Part shown: piece by piece, positions 48,076 through 57,288 of the stretch | Layout: each line of letters starts with the position of its first letter | Position numbering within the stretch: position 1 is the stretch's first letter | Origin: a virus | Taxonomy: Duplodnaviria; Caudoviricetes | Length of the DNA: 64,000 bases | Direction: 5' to 3' (one strand) | IMG/VR virus record: IMGVR_UViG_3300027782_000029 | Span: 96,001 to 160,000 of that record | Notes under the pieces: generated by a model | Told to the model about the DNA's origin: nothing | Database searches by the model: none | What the model saw: the letters and a program-made list of their open reading frames with translations, nothing else | Program-made: the position numbers and the translations under genes

Positions 48076-49557
48076 TTATACCACGTTCATCGATTGTATC
48101 ATATAATCAATATCTTCATCATCTGATGGTTTATTATATGACTCTTTAGTTATAGGTTCATAGTCTTCGTAGGTCTTCTTGTGATCTACATATCTAACAA
48201 GAGGTGAATCATATACAAAGGTTGATCCAGTAATTCTATTCTTTGGTATCTGAAGCTGCATGATGTTGTCATCCTCAGAATCATCTCCACTAATTAACTT
48301 TTTCTCAGTTATAAATATAGTCACTGCACACTTCTGTTGAATAGCTAGTGATCCACCAGTGTCAGATTGCTGAACAACTTCTCTTTTTTCTTTCATTCTA
48401 TTTGAGTTTTCTTGAGCCGTAATAATAAGGACGCAGTTCATGTCTCTAGCCAACTTTTCTAGGCGAACCATCATCTCTTCAAACTCGCCCCAACGAGGCT
48501 TGCCTTTGCCACCCTTTGTAAACATAGACTGGATAGTATCTATAACAATTACATCTGGAATGCGATCTGCATTTCCCATGATGTCTCTAAGCCATCTTTC
48601 TAAGTCCTCAAAATAGGGAGTGTCTGGATCATGTCTTACCATGAATCTGTCACCCCACTCATCAAGCTTAGCCTTAAAGATGCCGATGTTCTTAACCTTT
48701 TCTTCTTGAGTCCAGTCTCTTGACTCTGCATAAACATTTTTTCCAATTATCTGCGTCATCAATACTCTTTCCCAGTGGGAAATTGCTTCCTCAAAGTTTA
48801 CATAAAGAACTCTATATCCGGTGTCTGCCCAGTGGTTAACCAAGCACTTAGCAAACGTACTCTTGCCCTTGCCTGACGCAGCAATTATTGCATGCACTGC
48901 CCCCTTAAAGAATCCACCATTGTCTGTGTATCCCATAGCTCTATTCAATGCCTTGTATTGCGTAGGAAGAAAGTTTGGTATCTCCAACAGTGCTTCAGCT
49001 CTACGTGATATATCGTTTGCAGTAGTAACATTGTCGAGTGGATTATAATTTAAATCATTTTCTAAATCTTTAATATCAGAAGTAATCTGAGTAATGCGAG
49101 TTATATCTTTGTCAGACTTCTCACCTTTTTGAGTTAATAGCATCTGCAACTCCTGCAAAGCATCTAACTGTTTTCTCTTGTTGGCTTTGTGTTTTACTAT
49201 TTTGATTACTGATTCAGGTGTAGACAGATCTATGGTTGCATAGATATCCATCATTGTTTCTACACCTGAAGCTCCACCAAGAGCTGAGTAGATATCACTC
49301 TCTGATTCAAGCCATACTCTAAATGATATAGGGTCGACTACATCTAATTTTGTTGTATGATAATAGCCAAGTACTGCTCTGTAGAATTCATTAATGCCAC
49401 TTTGGCCATGGATAGTTCCTACTATGTCTTCTGGAAGAGCTGAATCAAATAATTCTATAGCTCCTTTTTGTCTTAGTGATAGAGCAAATATCTGATACTC
49501 AATTGGATACTCTGGCTTGACAGAATCTTGTTCTTGTTGCACTTCTTCAATTGTCAT
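48076..49557 (-). CDS. dnaB: DnaB-like replicative helicase
   Basis: AASGKGKST, NFEE, VIVIDTIQ, ITAQEN. Confidence 0.88.
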   Translation of the reverse strand: MTIEEVQQEQDSVKPEYPIEYQIFALSLRQKGAIELFDSALPEDIVGTIHGQSGINEFYRAVLGYYHTTKLDVVDPISFRVWLESESDIYSALGGASGVETMMDIYATIDLSTPESVIKIVKHKANKRKQLDALQELQMLLTQKGEKSDKDITRITQITSDIKDLENDLNYNPLDNVTTANDISRRAEALLEIPNFLPTQYKALNRAMGYTDNGGFFKGAVHAIIAASGKGKSTFAKCLVNHWADTGYRVLYVNFEEAISHWERVLMTQIIGKNVYAESRDWTQEEKVKNIGIFKAKLDEWGDRFMVRHDPDTPYFEDLERWLRDIMGNADRIPDVIVIDTIQSMFTKGGKGKPRWGEFEEMMVRLEKLARDMNCVLIITAQENSNRMKEKREVVQQSDTGGSLAIQQKCAVTIFITEKKLISGDDSEDDNIMQLQIPKNRITGSTFVYDSPLVRYVDHKKTYEDYEPITKESYNKPSDDEDIDYMIQSMNVV

Positions 49558-50191
49558 TTTTCTTTGACTCTTTCACTTTCCTATAATAGGATTTTTTATT
49601 TTCTGAATTCTTTTTTTTTGCTGCTATGTAGGCAGGGTTGTCTTTAGCAGATTTTTTAAATGTTTCTTTTTTAACATGCTCAGAACTTCTTATGGCATCC
49701 AGCATTCTATTATACACTGATTCCTCAGTAAGCATGTCATTATAGCGAAATACTATTAGAGCAATTCCTTGCTCTTTGCATAGCTTCGCTTTTATTTCGT
49801 CTCTTTTTTGCGCTTCTTCAAAGTCATATTTTGAATCAAAGAATCTTTGAGTATAATAAAAATGCTGTCTGCCATGATACTCTGCTGCTATAGCATACTT
49901 CTCGCAGTATACATCCAGTCTAAGCTTTTCACCTATATGAAATTCATTTATTACTTTTTCACCTGGTAAAAGTTTTGCCATTATAGCTGTTAGTGCAGCT
50001 TGGCCTCTAGACATCTTTTTGTGATGTTCTTTAATCCAAGATAAGCCAAGATGATTAATCTTTTTATTAAGCTCATGAATTGTTATTGACATTTCTTTTG
50101 CTATCTGATTTAAAGATAGACTTGTATCAAATAAAAGATCCGTCAAGAACTCATCATCGTCTTTTATCTCATCCCAACTGCTCTTGGGCAT
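49547..50191 (-). CDS. Endonuclease-fold protein (Vsr / DUF559-like)
   Basis: LRLDVY...AAEYHGRQH...RDEIK. Confidence 0.65.
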   Translation of the reverse strand: MPKSSWDEIKDDDEFLTDLLFDTSLSLNQIAKEMSITIHELNKKINHLGLSWIKEHHKKMSRGQAALTAIMAKLLPGEKVINEFHIGEKLRLDVYCEKYAIAAEYHGRQHFYYTQRFFDSKYDFEEAQKRDEIKAKLCKEQGIALIVFRYNDMLTEESVYNRMLDAIRSSEHVKKETFKKSAKDNPAYIAAKKKNSENKKSYYRKVKESKKNDN

Positions 50192-50196
50192 GATCC

Positions 50197-50835
50197 TTAT
50201 ACCTTAGCTTTAGCTACGGCTCTTGCTACTGTTAAAGACTTTCCTAAGTCCAGTATAGACATCTTTGTTGTTTCCCATATCTTAGGAGCAATAGCAGAGC
50301 TGAACATTGGACAATCCAATACACAAAAATCATACTCATTACTAAATTCAGATATCTGAGACATAACACTATCTATTTTTTCATAGAAATCGTTATAAGG
50401 AACATGAATAAAGGCGGAGTCCTTAGAAAAATATTTAGATATAAGACTCTTGTACTGAAAGCTAATGACTAAAGTTTTCGTATGCTTAAGATAGTGAGAC
50501 ATAAATATTTTAAATACTTCTTCGTTGTTATTAATGTAATTTTCCAAGAAGGCTGCATCTGCAAACTTTTGATTGCTAAGACCAACTCTATTAAGTTTAT
50601 CTTCAAATGTTTCTAGGAAATCTTTTTGAGATGCTTTAAAAAACATGGGGTCAGAGCTTGTTAATCCAGAAAGAATAGCATTGGTAAAGTTTTTTGGTGG
50701 TTTCTTCTCACCTTTTAATTCTCCAATAGCACTAAATAAAGAAGATCTTGTATAGGTAACGAATGCAAACCTATTCTTCTTTTCTAGCAATTCTGTTACT
50801 TTGATTATAGTTTGCTTTTCGGTTAAAGTTTCCAT
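50197..50835 (-). CDS. Hypothetical protein, possible degenerate GT-D glycosyltransferase fold
   Basis: C-terminal CVLDC...ILDLGKSL resembles GT-D proteins. Confidence 0.35.
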   Translation of the reverse strand: METLTEKQTIIKVTELLEKKNRFAFVTYTRSSLFSAIGELKGEKKPPKNFTNAILSGLTSSDPMFFKASQKDFLETFEDKLNRVGLSNQKFADAAFLENYINNNEEVFKIFMSHYLKHTKTLVISFQYKSLISKYFSKDSAFIHVPYNDFYEKIDSVMSQISEFSNEYDFCVLDCPMFSSAIAPKIWETTKMSILDLGKSLTVARAVAKAKV

Positions 50836-50836
50836 T

Positions 50837-51520
50837 TTATTTATTCCAGTTCATTAGTACAGGGTTAGGATCGGCTATAGATTGAATGTGATTTATGTTA
50901 TGAAACTGACCTGCATCTAGAGTCATGTATCGTTCGTGCTTAGATTTCTTGTCCTCATCACGGACATAACCTAGGTGTTGCATCATTAGTTTTGATGCTC
51001 TCCAGAAATTATGAGCTCGCACTAACTGGGGCACATAGGTCGGTTCTGAACCGCATGCTAGCTTCTTGTCAAAGAATGTTCCGCCATTTTGATATCTAAA
51101 GATTCTAGAACTATCGCTTGGAGTCCATAGCTTGTCTACTCTATATTGAGTATCATTCCACATGTGATAGAATCTCACGTTAACAACATCATAAGGAGAT
51201 CTATTAAGGACATCTCTTAATTTCATATCGTGTTCATGAAAAAGCATTTCATCACAGTCTATTGCAACTATCCAGTCACCCTCTGTTGCAAACTTCTCTA
51301 AGTTTTTCCATGCAGTTGATCTTAAGTTTCCTTCGCTTTCATTAAACATTGATTTGTTTGAACTAAAGACTTCGGCGTACTTAGAAGCTATTTCTATTGT
51401 GTTATCTGTAGAGCAGTCATCAGTGAATATTATTTTATCTACTTGCGCAGATAGTCTTTCAAGCACTGGCTCTAAGAATCTATCAGCTTCGTTTTTTCCA
51501 ACTATTTGGGCGATTATCAT
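50837..51520 (-). CDS. Glycosyltransferase family 2-like protein
   Basis: KNEADRFL, DDCSTDNT, IDCDE, HLGY. Confidence 0.8.
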   Translation of the reverse strand: MIIAQIVGKNEADRFLEPVLERLSAQVDKIIFTDDCSTDNTIEIASKYAEVFSSNKSMFNESEGNLRSTAWKNLEKFATEGDWIVAIDCDEMLFHEHDMKLRDVLNRSPYDVVNVRFYHMWNDTQYRVDKLWTPSDSSRIFRYQNGGTFFDKKLACGSEPTYVPQLVRAHNFWRASKLMMQHLGYVRDEDKKSKHERYMTLDAGQFHNINHIQSIADPNPVLMNWNK

Positions 51521-51538
51521 TTTAACCTCTTAAGTAAA

Positions 51539-51570
51539 AAAGGGCTGGGGATTCGCTACCCCAGCCCTTT
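51539..51570. terminator. Intrinsic terminator-like hairpin
   Basis: AAAGGGCTGGGG / CCCCAGCCCTTT stem. Confidence 0.7.
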
Positions 51571-51584
51571 ACGTACATGAACTA

Positions 51585-51776
51585 TTAAGCTGTAAGCTCT
51601 TCGATTTGATCACGAGCTTCGATAGAAGAAATGCGCTCAATATCTGTAGTATTGAACAATACTTCCCCCGTAATTCCACGGCGACCCATAGAAAGCTTCT
51701 GTGCATCTGTCTTGTTATTTGCTTTTACAAGTGTTGTGGTAGTAACAGCAAAGTACTTGAACTTGTTATCTGACAT
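51585..51776 (-). CDS. Hypothetical protein
   Basis: ORF track. Confidence 0.55.
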   Translation of the reverse strand: MSDNKFKYFAVTTTTLVKANNKTDAQKLSMGRRGITGEVLFNTTDIERISSIEARDQIEELTA

Positions 51777-51789
51777 TTTATTTTCCTTC

Positions 51790-52203
51790 TTATTTTGTTG
51801 GATAATGTATTGCTATATATTCTATAGCATCTTGCAGGGTGTCTGCAAGTTTTGTTGCCATATATCTCATATATGGTCGATCTTTATTCTGATTAGAACA
51901 CATAACAACTGCTGGTTGATTATGGATTTTTGCCCATGCCATTTCGTAGTCTGTTCCTATGTAGGCTCTATCTTCTAACATGTATTCTACCAGAAGAATG
52001 TCTGATCTCTTCTGCATAAATAGATTTTTTTGTACCTTTTCTTCTGGGGACATATCTTCCCCTTCTGGTATAGAAGTTGGGTCCAACACTTTGTATCCAC
52101 GTAAGGCCAACATGAATGTAGCTTCTTGTCTCCATCCCTTGGCATAGTCGCCAACATAATCCATAGCGCCAGCTAAATAAACTGTAATACTCATACAGGC
52201 CAA
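51790..52203 (-). CDS. Nucleoside 2-deoxyribosyltransferase / nucleotide hydrolase-like protein
   Basis: VYLAGAM, DP, DILLV, GTDYEMAWA. Confidence 0.75.
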   Translation of the reverse strand: MACMSITVYLAGAMDYVGDYAKGWRQEATFMLALRGYKVLDPTSIPEGEDMSPEEKVQKNLFMQKRSDILLVEYMLEDRAYIGTDYEMAWAKIHNQPAVVMCSNQNKDRPYMRYMATKLADTLQDAIEYIAIHYPTK

Positions 52204-52595
52204 TAATACTCTAAGTCTGATGGTTCGTCAAAATACTCAGAATAATATTCATAATCTTTTCTAAGAAGATTAGATCTATGAGAACGATGAAATTGATCAT
52301 CACCAAACCATGAAGGCAGGATCATCTTACTACTATCTACTTCTTCAAATACCATATTATTTTTATACCCACGATTCATCCATTCGGCAATCGTATGGTT
52401 TTGATATACTTTTAATGCTTCTTCGTAACCAGACCACATGCGAGTGACTGGATGATTGCGCCAGCCTTTCGTATGCGTTCTTTCGAGTAGAACATTAAGA
52501 ACTTGATATGTTTCAACACGTTGTTTTCCTAACCGGCGATAATCTAATACTTGAACTGATTTAACAAAATCAGAATATGGTAAAAATGTTTGCAC
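52191..52595 (-). CDS. Pyrimidine-dimer DNA glycosylase-like protein (MSMEG_6728 family)
   Basis: MQTFLPY, LDYRRLGKQRVE, HP...MWSGYE, SHRSNLLRKD. Confidence 0.85.
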   Translation of the reverse strand: MQTFLPYSDFVKSVQVLDYRRLGKQRVETYQVLNVLLERTHTKGWRNHPVTRMWSGYEEALKVYQNHTIAEWMNRGYKNNMVFEEVDSSKMILPSWFGDDQFHRSHRSNLLRKDYEYYSEYFDEPSDLEYYWPV

Positions 52596-52996
52596 TATTT
52601 AACTTTCTTGAACTCAGTGAAGGTTTTGTCACCAACACCATAATACTCTCTAGCTAAGCCAGAAGCAATTATATCATCATTCAAACAAGCTCCTGCTTCA
52701 TTCCAAATCTTTGCAAGAACTCTTCCATACTTTTCGTTCTTATCTATAATTGTTTCTATTTTTACTTTATGACCGGCAGCGGTTAACCATTGATCAGTAA
52801 ACTCTTTTGCTGCAAGACCCATCTTTTTTTCTTCTATATTAGAAGTACGACTCTCTGGTGTGTTCACTCCATAGAGACGAACTCTACCCTTCTTAAGGGT
52901 GTCGAAACCTAGGTCGATAATAATATCAAACGTATCTCCATCAACTACTTTTTTTACTTCTGCGTTGTATATCCACGGATTTAATTTTTCTGTCAT
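52595..52996 (-). CDS. Thermonuclease (SNase-like)
   Basis: VVDGDT, RLYGVNTPE, KYGRVLA. Confidence 0.85.
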   Translation of the reverse strand: MTEKLNPWIYNAEVKKVVDGDTFDIIIDLGFDTLKKGRVRLYGVNTPESRTSNIEEKKMGLAAKEFTDQWLTAAGHKVKIETIIDKNEKYGRVLAKIWNEAGACLNDDIIASGLAREYYGVGDKTFTEFKKVK

Positions 52997-53008
52997 TTTA
53001 ATCTCTTT

Positions 53009-54097
53009 CTATATTTCTTTTATCTGATCTATTACCCATTTTATCACAGGGCTTGCTACTCCGTTGCCACACATTTTATATCGTGCTGAGTCGGAGTTAG
53101 TCTTCCCATCTGCTCTATTTAGAGTATGATTATCGGGCCAACCCATCAGTCTTTCACACTCCAATGGAGTCAGTCGACGTATGTTTGTAATCGGCTGTGG
53201 AGACACCATTGGGACTGTATTGCCTCCAGTGCCCATCCTACGGGTTAAGCACGGGGCTATATCGTCTTCGTAGGTTCTTACATTATTGACTCTTGTTCCA
53301 TCAAGAATAATTGGTTTAGATTCAACTACTAGTTTATTTTCAGATACGTATTGATTTCCAACACCCTTATAGTCTCTAGCCTGTAATGACCCAACGATCT
53401 CTACTACTAAATTCTCTCCTCGGCTTGATGGGACTCCCCCTTCACCACCGCTTCTAAGGCAGTTTGCAACTTCTCTGGCAGCTTCTTGCCCTTGTTTGAG
53501 ACTCTTCTTAAAATCCCCTGAGCTGCCTTCGTTGACAGGGAGTACTTTGTCTGGACATCTTGAGGCAATTGCAGTATCGAAGACAGAGAGGAGGTACACA
53601 CGTCTTCTTCTTTGGGCGACTCCGAAGTATTGTGCATCCAAGACTGCCCACTCACTGAAACACGCCCCTGCTTCATCCATTTCACGGAGGGCTTGCCCGA
53701 AGTCTGCACCTGCGTTGGATGATAAGGCTCCTGTGACGTTCTCCCAGATTGTCCATTTAGGATATTGTCCATTTGATTTTTCTCTCATTTCTTTAATTAT
53801 TCTAGTTGCTTCAAAAAATAGACCTGATCTTTCACCATCAAGTCCTGCTCGTTTACCTGCAACAGAAAGGTCCTGACATGGAGATCCAAATGTTATTACA
53901 TCAACAAAGGGAAGATCGTATCCGCTAACGTCTTTGATGTCACGAAATTTTGGAACGTTTGGCCAATGGTATGAAAGCGTTTGCTGGCAATGCTCATCTA
54001 TCTCTACCTGGAATAAGCAGTCTAGTCCTGATTCATCTAAACCAAGATCTATACCACCGACTCCAGCAAAAAGAGATCCGTATGTTTTGATTGACAC
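53009..54097 (-). CDS. dcm: DNA (cytosine-5) methyltransferase
   Basis: SLFAGVGG, GSPCQDLS, ENV, QRRRR, ECERLMG, GNGV. Confidence 0.92.
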   Translation of the reverse strand: MSIKTYGSLFAGVGGIDLGLDESGLDCLFQVEIDEHCQQTLSYHWPNVPKFRDIKDVSGYDLPFVDVITFGSPCQDLSVAGKRAGLDGERSGLFFEATRIIKEMREKSNGQYPKWTIWENVTGALSSNAGADFGQALREMDEAGACFSEWAVLDAQYFGVAQRRRRVYLLSVFDTAIASRCPDKVLPVNEGSSGDFKKSLKQGQEAAREVANCLRSGGEGGVPSSRGENLVVEIVGSLQARDYKGVGNQYVSENKLVVESKPIILDGTRVNNVRTYEDDIAPCLTRRMGTGGNTVPMVSPQPITNIRRLTPLECERLMGWPDNHTLNRADGKTNSDSARYKMCGNGVASPVIKWVIDQIKEI

Positions 54098-54099
54098 TA

Positions 54100-54915
54100 T
54101 TAGTCTCTCTCTATTCCTATGTGGTCACAAGCTTTTCTGAATATCTCTCTACTTATAGGGAAGTATCTGTCTGCATGACTGATGCCCTCTCCTGGTTTTG
54201 GAGTGCTAGCGTGCCAGCTATGACCTATTGAGACAGAGCCATCATAAACCACGTTATAGCCAAGATGTCTTGCAAAATACGAGCACCAAGTCTCTTCATA
54301 ATAGTGTGGGGTTGGCAAGAATGCGCCTATTGCATCTGGATATATTTCTCTGTAGTTAGGATCATTGGTCATTGCTTCCCATACATCTCTTCTTACGAAA
54401 TAAGCAGAGCCAGATACTGTAACGCAATCAATTTGATCCCTATAGAGAGAGTCTTCTGGGTCATGCTCTCGCCAGCCTCTGTGCTTTGGTTCAGTATTCG
54501 TACCGATTATGCCTGCATGAGTTATGTAACCATGCTCATCTCTTTGCTTTGGACCAAGTATGTGAATGTTTGGGTTATTTGCAAAGGCTTTTTCTATATT
54601 CAAACAGTCTTCATTTGTCATCCAAACGTCGCCATTTAATACTCCAATTATCTCTGCACTGCTTTTGGAAGCCATGTAGTTAATTGCAGAAGAGTATCCT
54701 ATATTTTTTCTTAAGAACGTTCTATCAATTAAATAACGTTCCTCATTCTCTCTCAGCCATGGGACAAAGTCATCTGTAGAATCATTGTCCATGATATAAA
54801 GGTTCCAATTTTTTTCGAGCGCACCATTTGAACTGTATAAATCTGAATGCAAAGTGTCCAAAAATCTTTGCAATAGTGGTCTAGTGTTGTGGTTTACCAC
54901 GCATAGGTCAATCAT
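54100..54915 (-). CDS. Glycosyltransferase family 2
   Basis: DNDSTD, NIGYS.A.N, LNGD, YYEE. Confidence 0.8.
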   Translation of the reverse strand: MIDLCVVNHNTRPLLQRFLDTLHSDLYSSNGALEKNWNLYIMDNDSTDDFVPWLRENEERYLIDRTFLRKNIGYSSAINYMASKSSAEIIGVLNGDVWMTNEDCLNIEKAFANNPNIHILGPKQRDEHGYITHAGIIGTNTEPKHRGWREHDPEDSLYRDQIDCVTVSGSAYFVRRDVWEAMTNDPNYREIYPDAIGAFLPTPHYYEETWCSYFARHLGYNVVYDGSVSIGHSWHASTPKPGEGISHADRYFPISREIFRKACDHIGIERD

Positions 54916-54921
54916 AGTTCC

Positions 54922-55173
54922 TCAGACACTCATTCTTGCTACAACTGTAAGCTCAAAAGAATCTAACTCAGTAAATCCCATATTTATAAACTCATCATAT
55001 TCTTTTTTTGCCTTGTCTAGATCATACAAGCAGAACTCTTCTAATCTATTCTTATACTGCTGAGCAGTTACCATCTTTTTTTCTTTCGGTTTATCTTGAC
55101 TCTTAGCAATAAGATAGCCGATGCAAAAGCATCCAGCTAAAAAAATTACTGACTTACTATTCTTCATCATCAT
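54922..55173 (-). CDS. Hypothetical protein with N-terminal TM segment
   Basis: VIFLAGCFCIGYLIA. Confidence 0.5.
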   Translation of the reverse strand: MMMKNSKSVIFLAGCFCIGYLIAKSQDKPKEKKMVTAQQYKNRLEEFCLYDLDKAKKEYDEFINMGFTELDSFELTVVARMSV

Positions 55174-55396
55174 CGTATCCATCTTCTCCGTTAAAGTATG
55201 TCTTTGCAGACCATTCGTATATACCATTCACTATATCATGATATCTTAACTTTTCCTGCTCTGATTTACTATCGTTAGCAATAGAAACGTATGTACTAGC
55301 TATGTGATTAAGAGTCTCTATCTTAGCAACAAAGGCTGCTTCTCCAGAATTAATCTTTAATAATATTTTCTTTTTTTGATTCTTTTTTTTAGTCAT
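55157..55396 (-). CDS. Hypothetical protein
   Basis: ORF track. Confidence 0.55.
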   Translation of the reverse strand: MTKKKNQKKKILLKINSGEAAFVAKIETLNHIASTYVSIANDSKSEQEKLRYHDIVNGIYEWSAKTYFNGEDGYDDDEE

Positions 55397-55625
55397 CGTT
55401 TTGTTTTTTCTTTTTTATTTCTGCTGTCTGTACTTCTTCTTCTGCAACTTGATAAACACAAAGGTTTTGGCTATCCGGTTCAAATGTAACAAACAGAATC
55501 TTCTTATCTTTTAAAGAGTAACCTTCTGGTGGAGCAGATTCTAGTGCTATCTTTTTAGAAGCACAACCAAACACCTGACTCAGTCCGTCGTATACAACTA
55601 CATAATTTAATTTTCCAGCAGCCAT
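55389..55625 (-). CDS. Hypothetical protein
   Basis: ORF track. Confidence 0.55.
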   Translation of the reverse strand: MAAGKLNYVVVYDGLSQVFGCASKKIALESAPPEGYSLKDKKILFVTFEPDSQNLCVYQVAEEEVQTAEIKKKKQNDD

Positions 55626-56071
55626 TAGCTTACCATTATCGTTTCTACTCCTGCTTTATTTAAAAAAGCTTTTATGTTAGCCCAATCATTATAGCTATCA
55701 TCATGCATATAATACAACTTTGTGACTGTAGAATTTGCTATTAACTTTGCGCAAGTAAAACATGGAGGCCCATTCACATACAGCTTTATGGGTTTAGAAC
55801 TATAGTCTGAGTGAAGGAAAGCATTCTGCTCAGCGTGTGTTGCTATGCAATTGTCATACATTGATCCTGATTCAGAATTTACTAGAGCTCTTGGGCACCC
55901 ACCATCAGAGCAGTGCGTAAAGTTTTTAGGTCCACCATTGTAACCTGTTCCGACAACATGACCAAACTCATCGACTAAAACCGCAGAATACTTTTTCTTG
56001 CTACAGGTTGAGAATATGGTCGCATGCTGTACACATAGCTCCATGAATTGTAAATCTTTTCTAGATAACAT
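55625..56071 (-). CDS. dCMP deaminase
   Basis: GYNG, HAEQNA, PCFTCAKLI. Confidence 0.9.
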   Translation of the reverse strand: MLSRKDLQFMELCVQHATIFSTCSKKKYSAVLVDEFGHVVGTGYNGGPKNFTHCSDGGCPRALVNSESGSMYDNCIATHAEQNAFLHSDYSSKPIKLYVNGPPCFTCAKLIANSTVTKLYYMHDDSYNDWANIKAFLNKAGVETIMVS

Positions 56072-56236
56072 ATTACTAGATAAAGACTAAAATTCCAAGA
56101 AGGATCGCTCCAATTATGCTTGAGACTACAGCTATGTTCTTATCTCTTTTATTTTTTTCAACTTGAGCTAATATTTGTAGATTAGTAGAGATTACTAGCA
56201 GGAGTGCAAATAAAGTAATTTTTATAAACAACATGA

Positions 56237-56944
56237 TCAAGACCCTGATCCCATTAATGCCATCATAGAGACTGGATAAAGTGGCTGTACAAGCCTATAG
56301 ACTGCGTTTGCATAATCCTGTATCTCAACTTGAGAATCCTCAGCAAGTCTTTGTGAGAGGAAAAGCACAGCTGATTGCAAAGAGCAAGACCATCTATACA
56401 CTACGTACATAGAATAAGCTGGCAAAAATAGTCTGGCTTGCTCCGCAGCAATTCCCTGCTCCATTGCCATTTTGTATAAAGCTTCACCTTTTTCAGCATA
56501 AGACATTAGGGAGTCTGTTAGTGTTGATCCTATAAAAGGGTCAGCTATGCCCTGAGAGCCCTGTTTCTTATCCTCTGGTGCCAGTCTCCATTGATTAGGC
56601 TCTGGAATATAAAACTCTGGCTCCATGGTTATATATCTTCTTGAAGATTCATTCCAAGAATCCATAGTATGATCAGATCCAACGACATATTTCCAATGCT
56701 GTCTAGCCACCATCAATGGGGCTTTAAATTCAAAGGTCATAAATGCATGTCTGAATGGAGACATGTGATTTTCTCTTGCCAAAAAGTTAATTAACTTTCC
56801 ATCAGATGGAGTCATTGAATCTTTTTCTTTTGCAAAAGAAGCTCTAGCTGCATTTACAACAGAAAGATCACTTCCCATATTGTCGACAAGTCTTACATAA
56901 CCCTTATCTAAAACATCTATTAAATTAATCGGTTTCTCCATCAT
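56237..56944 (-). CDS. thyX: Flavin-dependent thymidylate synthase
   Basis: VVNAARAS, HMSPFRH, RQHWKY, WNESSRRY, EQARLFLP. Confidence 0.92.
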   Translation of the reverse strand: MMEKPINLIDVLDKGYVRLVDNMGSDLSVVNAARASFAKEKDSMTPSDGKLINFLARENHMSPFRHAFMTFEFKAPLMVARQHWKYVVGSDHTMDSWNESSRRYITMEPEFYIPEPNQWRLAPEDKKQGSQGIADPFIGSTLTDSLMSYAEKGEALYKMAMEQGIAAEQARLFLPAYSMYVVYRWSCSLQSAVLFLSQRLAEDSQVEIQDYANAVYRLVQPLYPVSMMALMGSGS

Positions 56945-57281
56945 AATCTTCTTCTTCACTTTCATCATCTTCATCTTCTAGATGTTGACTTAATTCAAAT
57001 ATAACATTTAATTCTATCATCTCAGCGATAAAATCTTCACTTATTTTATATAGAGGACCCAGTAATTCTGTTACTTCTTCAGAGATTATATATTCTGAAT
57101 CCGTGTACATAGAGTATATCAGAGAATTGACATTTAGTAGTGACTCCATAAGAGACTCTTGCATATGAATTAACTCTTTTACTGTATCAAATTTATTTAA
57201 AGCATTGACGTCTTCAATAGAATTGTTTGACATCATTTCATTAAAAATTTTGTCTATATTAGAGTCTTCCTCTTTTGCCAT
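56925..57281 (-). CDS. Acidic hypothetical protein
   Basis: ORF track. Confidence 0.55.
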   Translation of the reverse strand: MAKEEDSNIDKIFNEMMSNNSIEDVNALNKFDTVKELIHMQESLMESLLNVNSLIYSMYTDSEYIISEEVTELLGPLYKISEDFIAEMIELNVIFELSQHLEDEDDESEEEDYDGETD

Positions 57282-57288
57282 GACTACC

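Noticed and set aside
36387-56944. Hypermodified-base pathway (hmU, Z or deazaguanine)
   Set aside because: A dNMP kinase, deaminase and hydrolases are present, but I recognised no hydroxymethylase, PurZ or Dpd/Que genes, and ThyX implies normal thymine.
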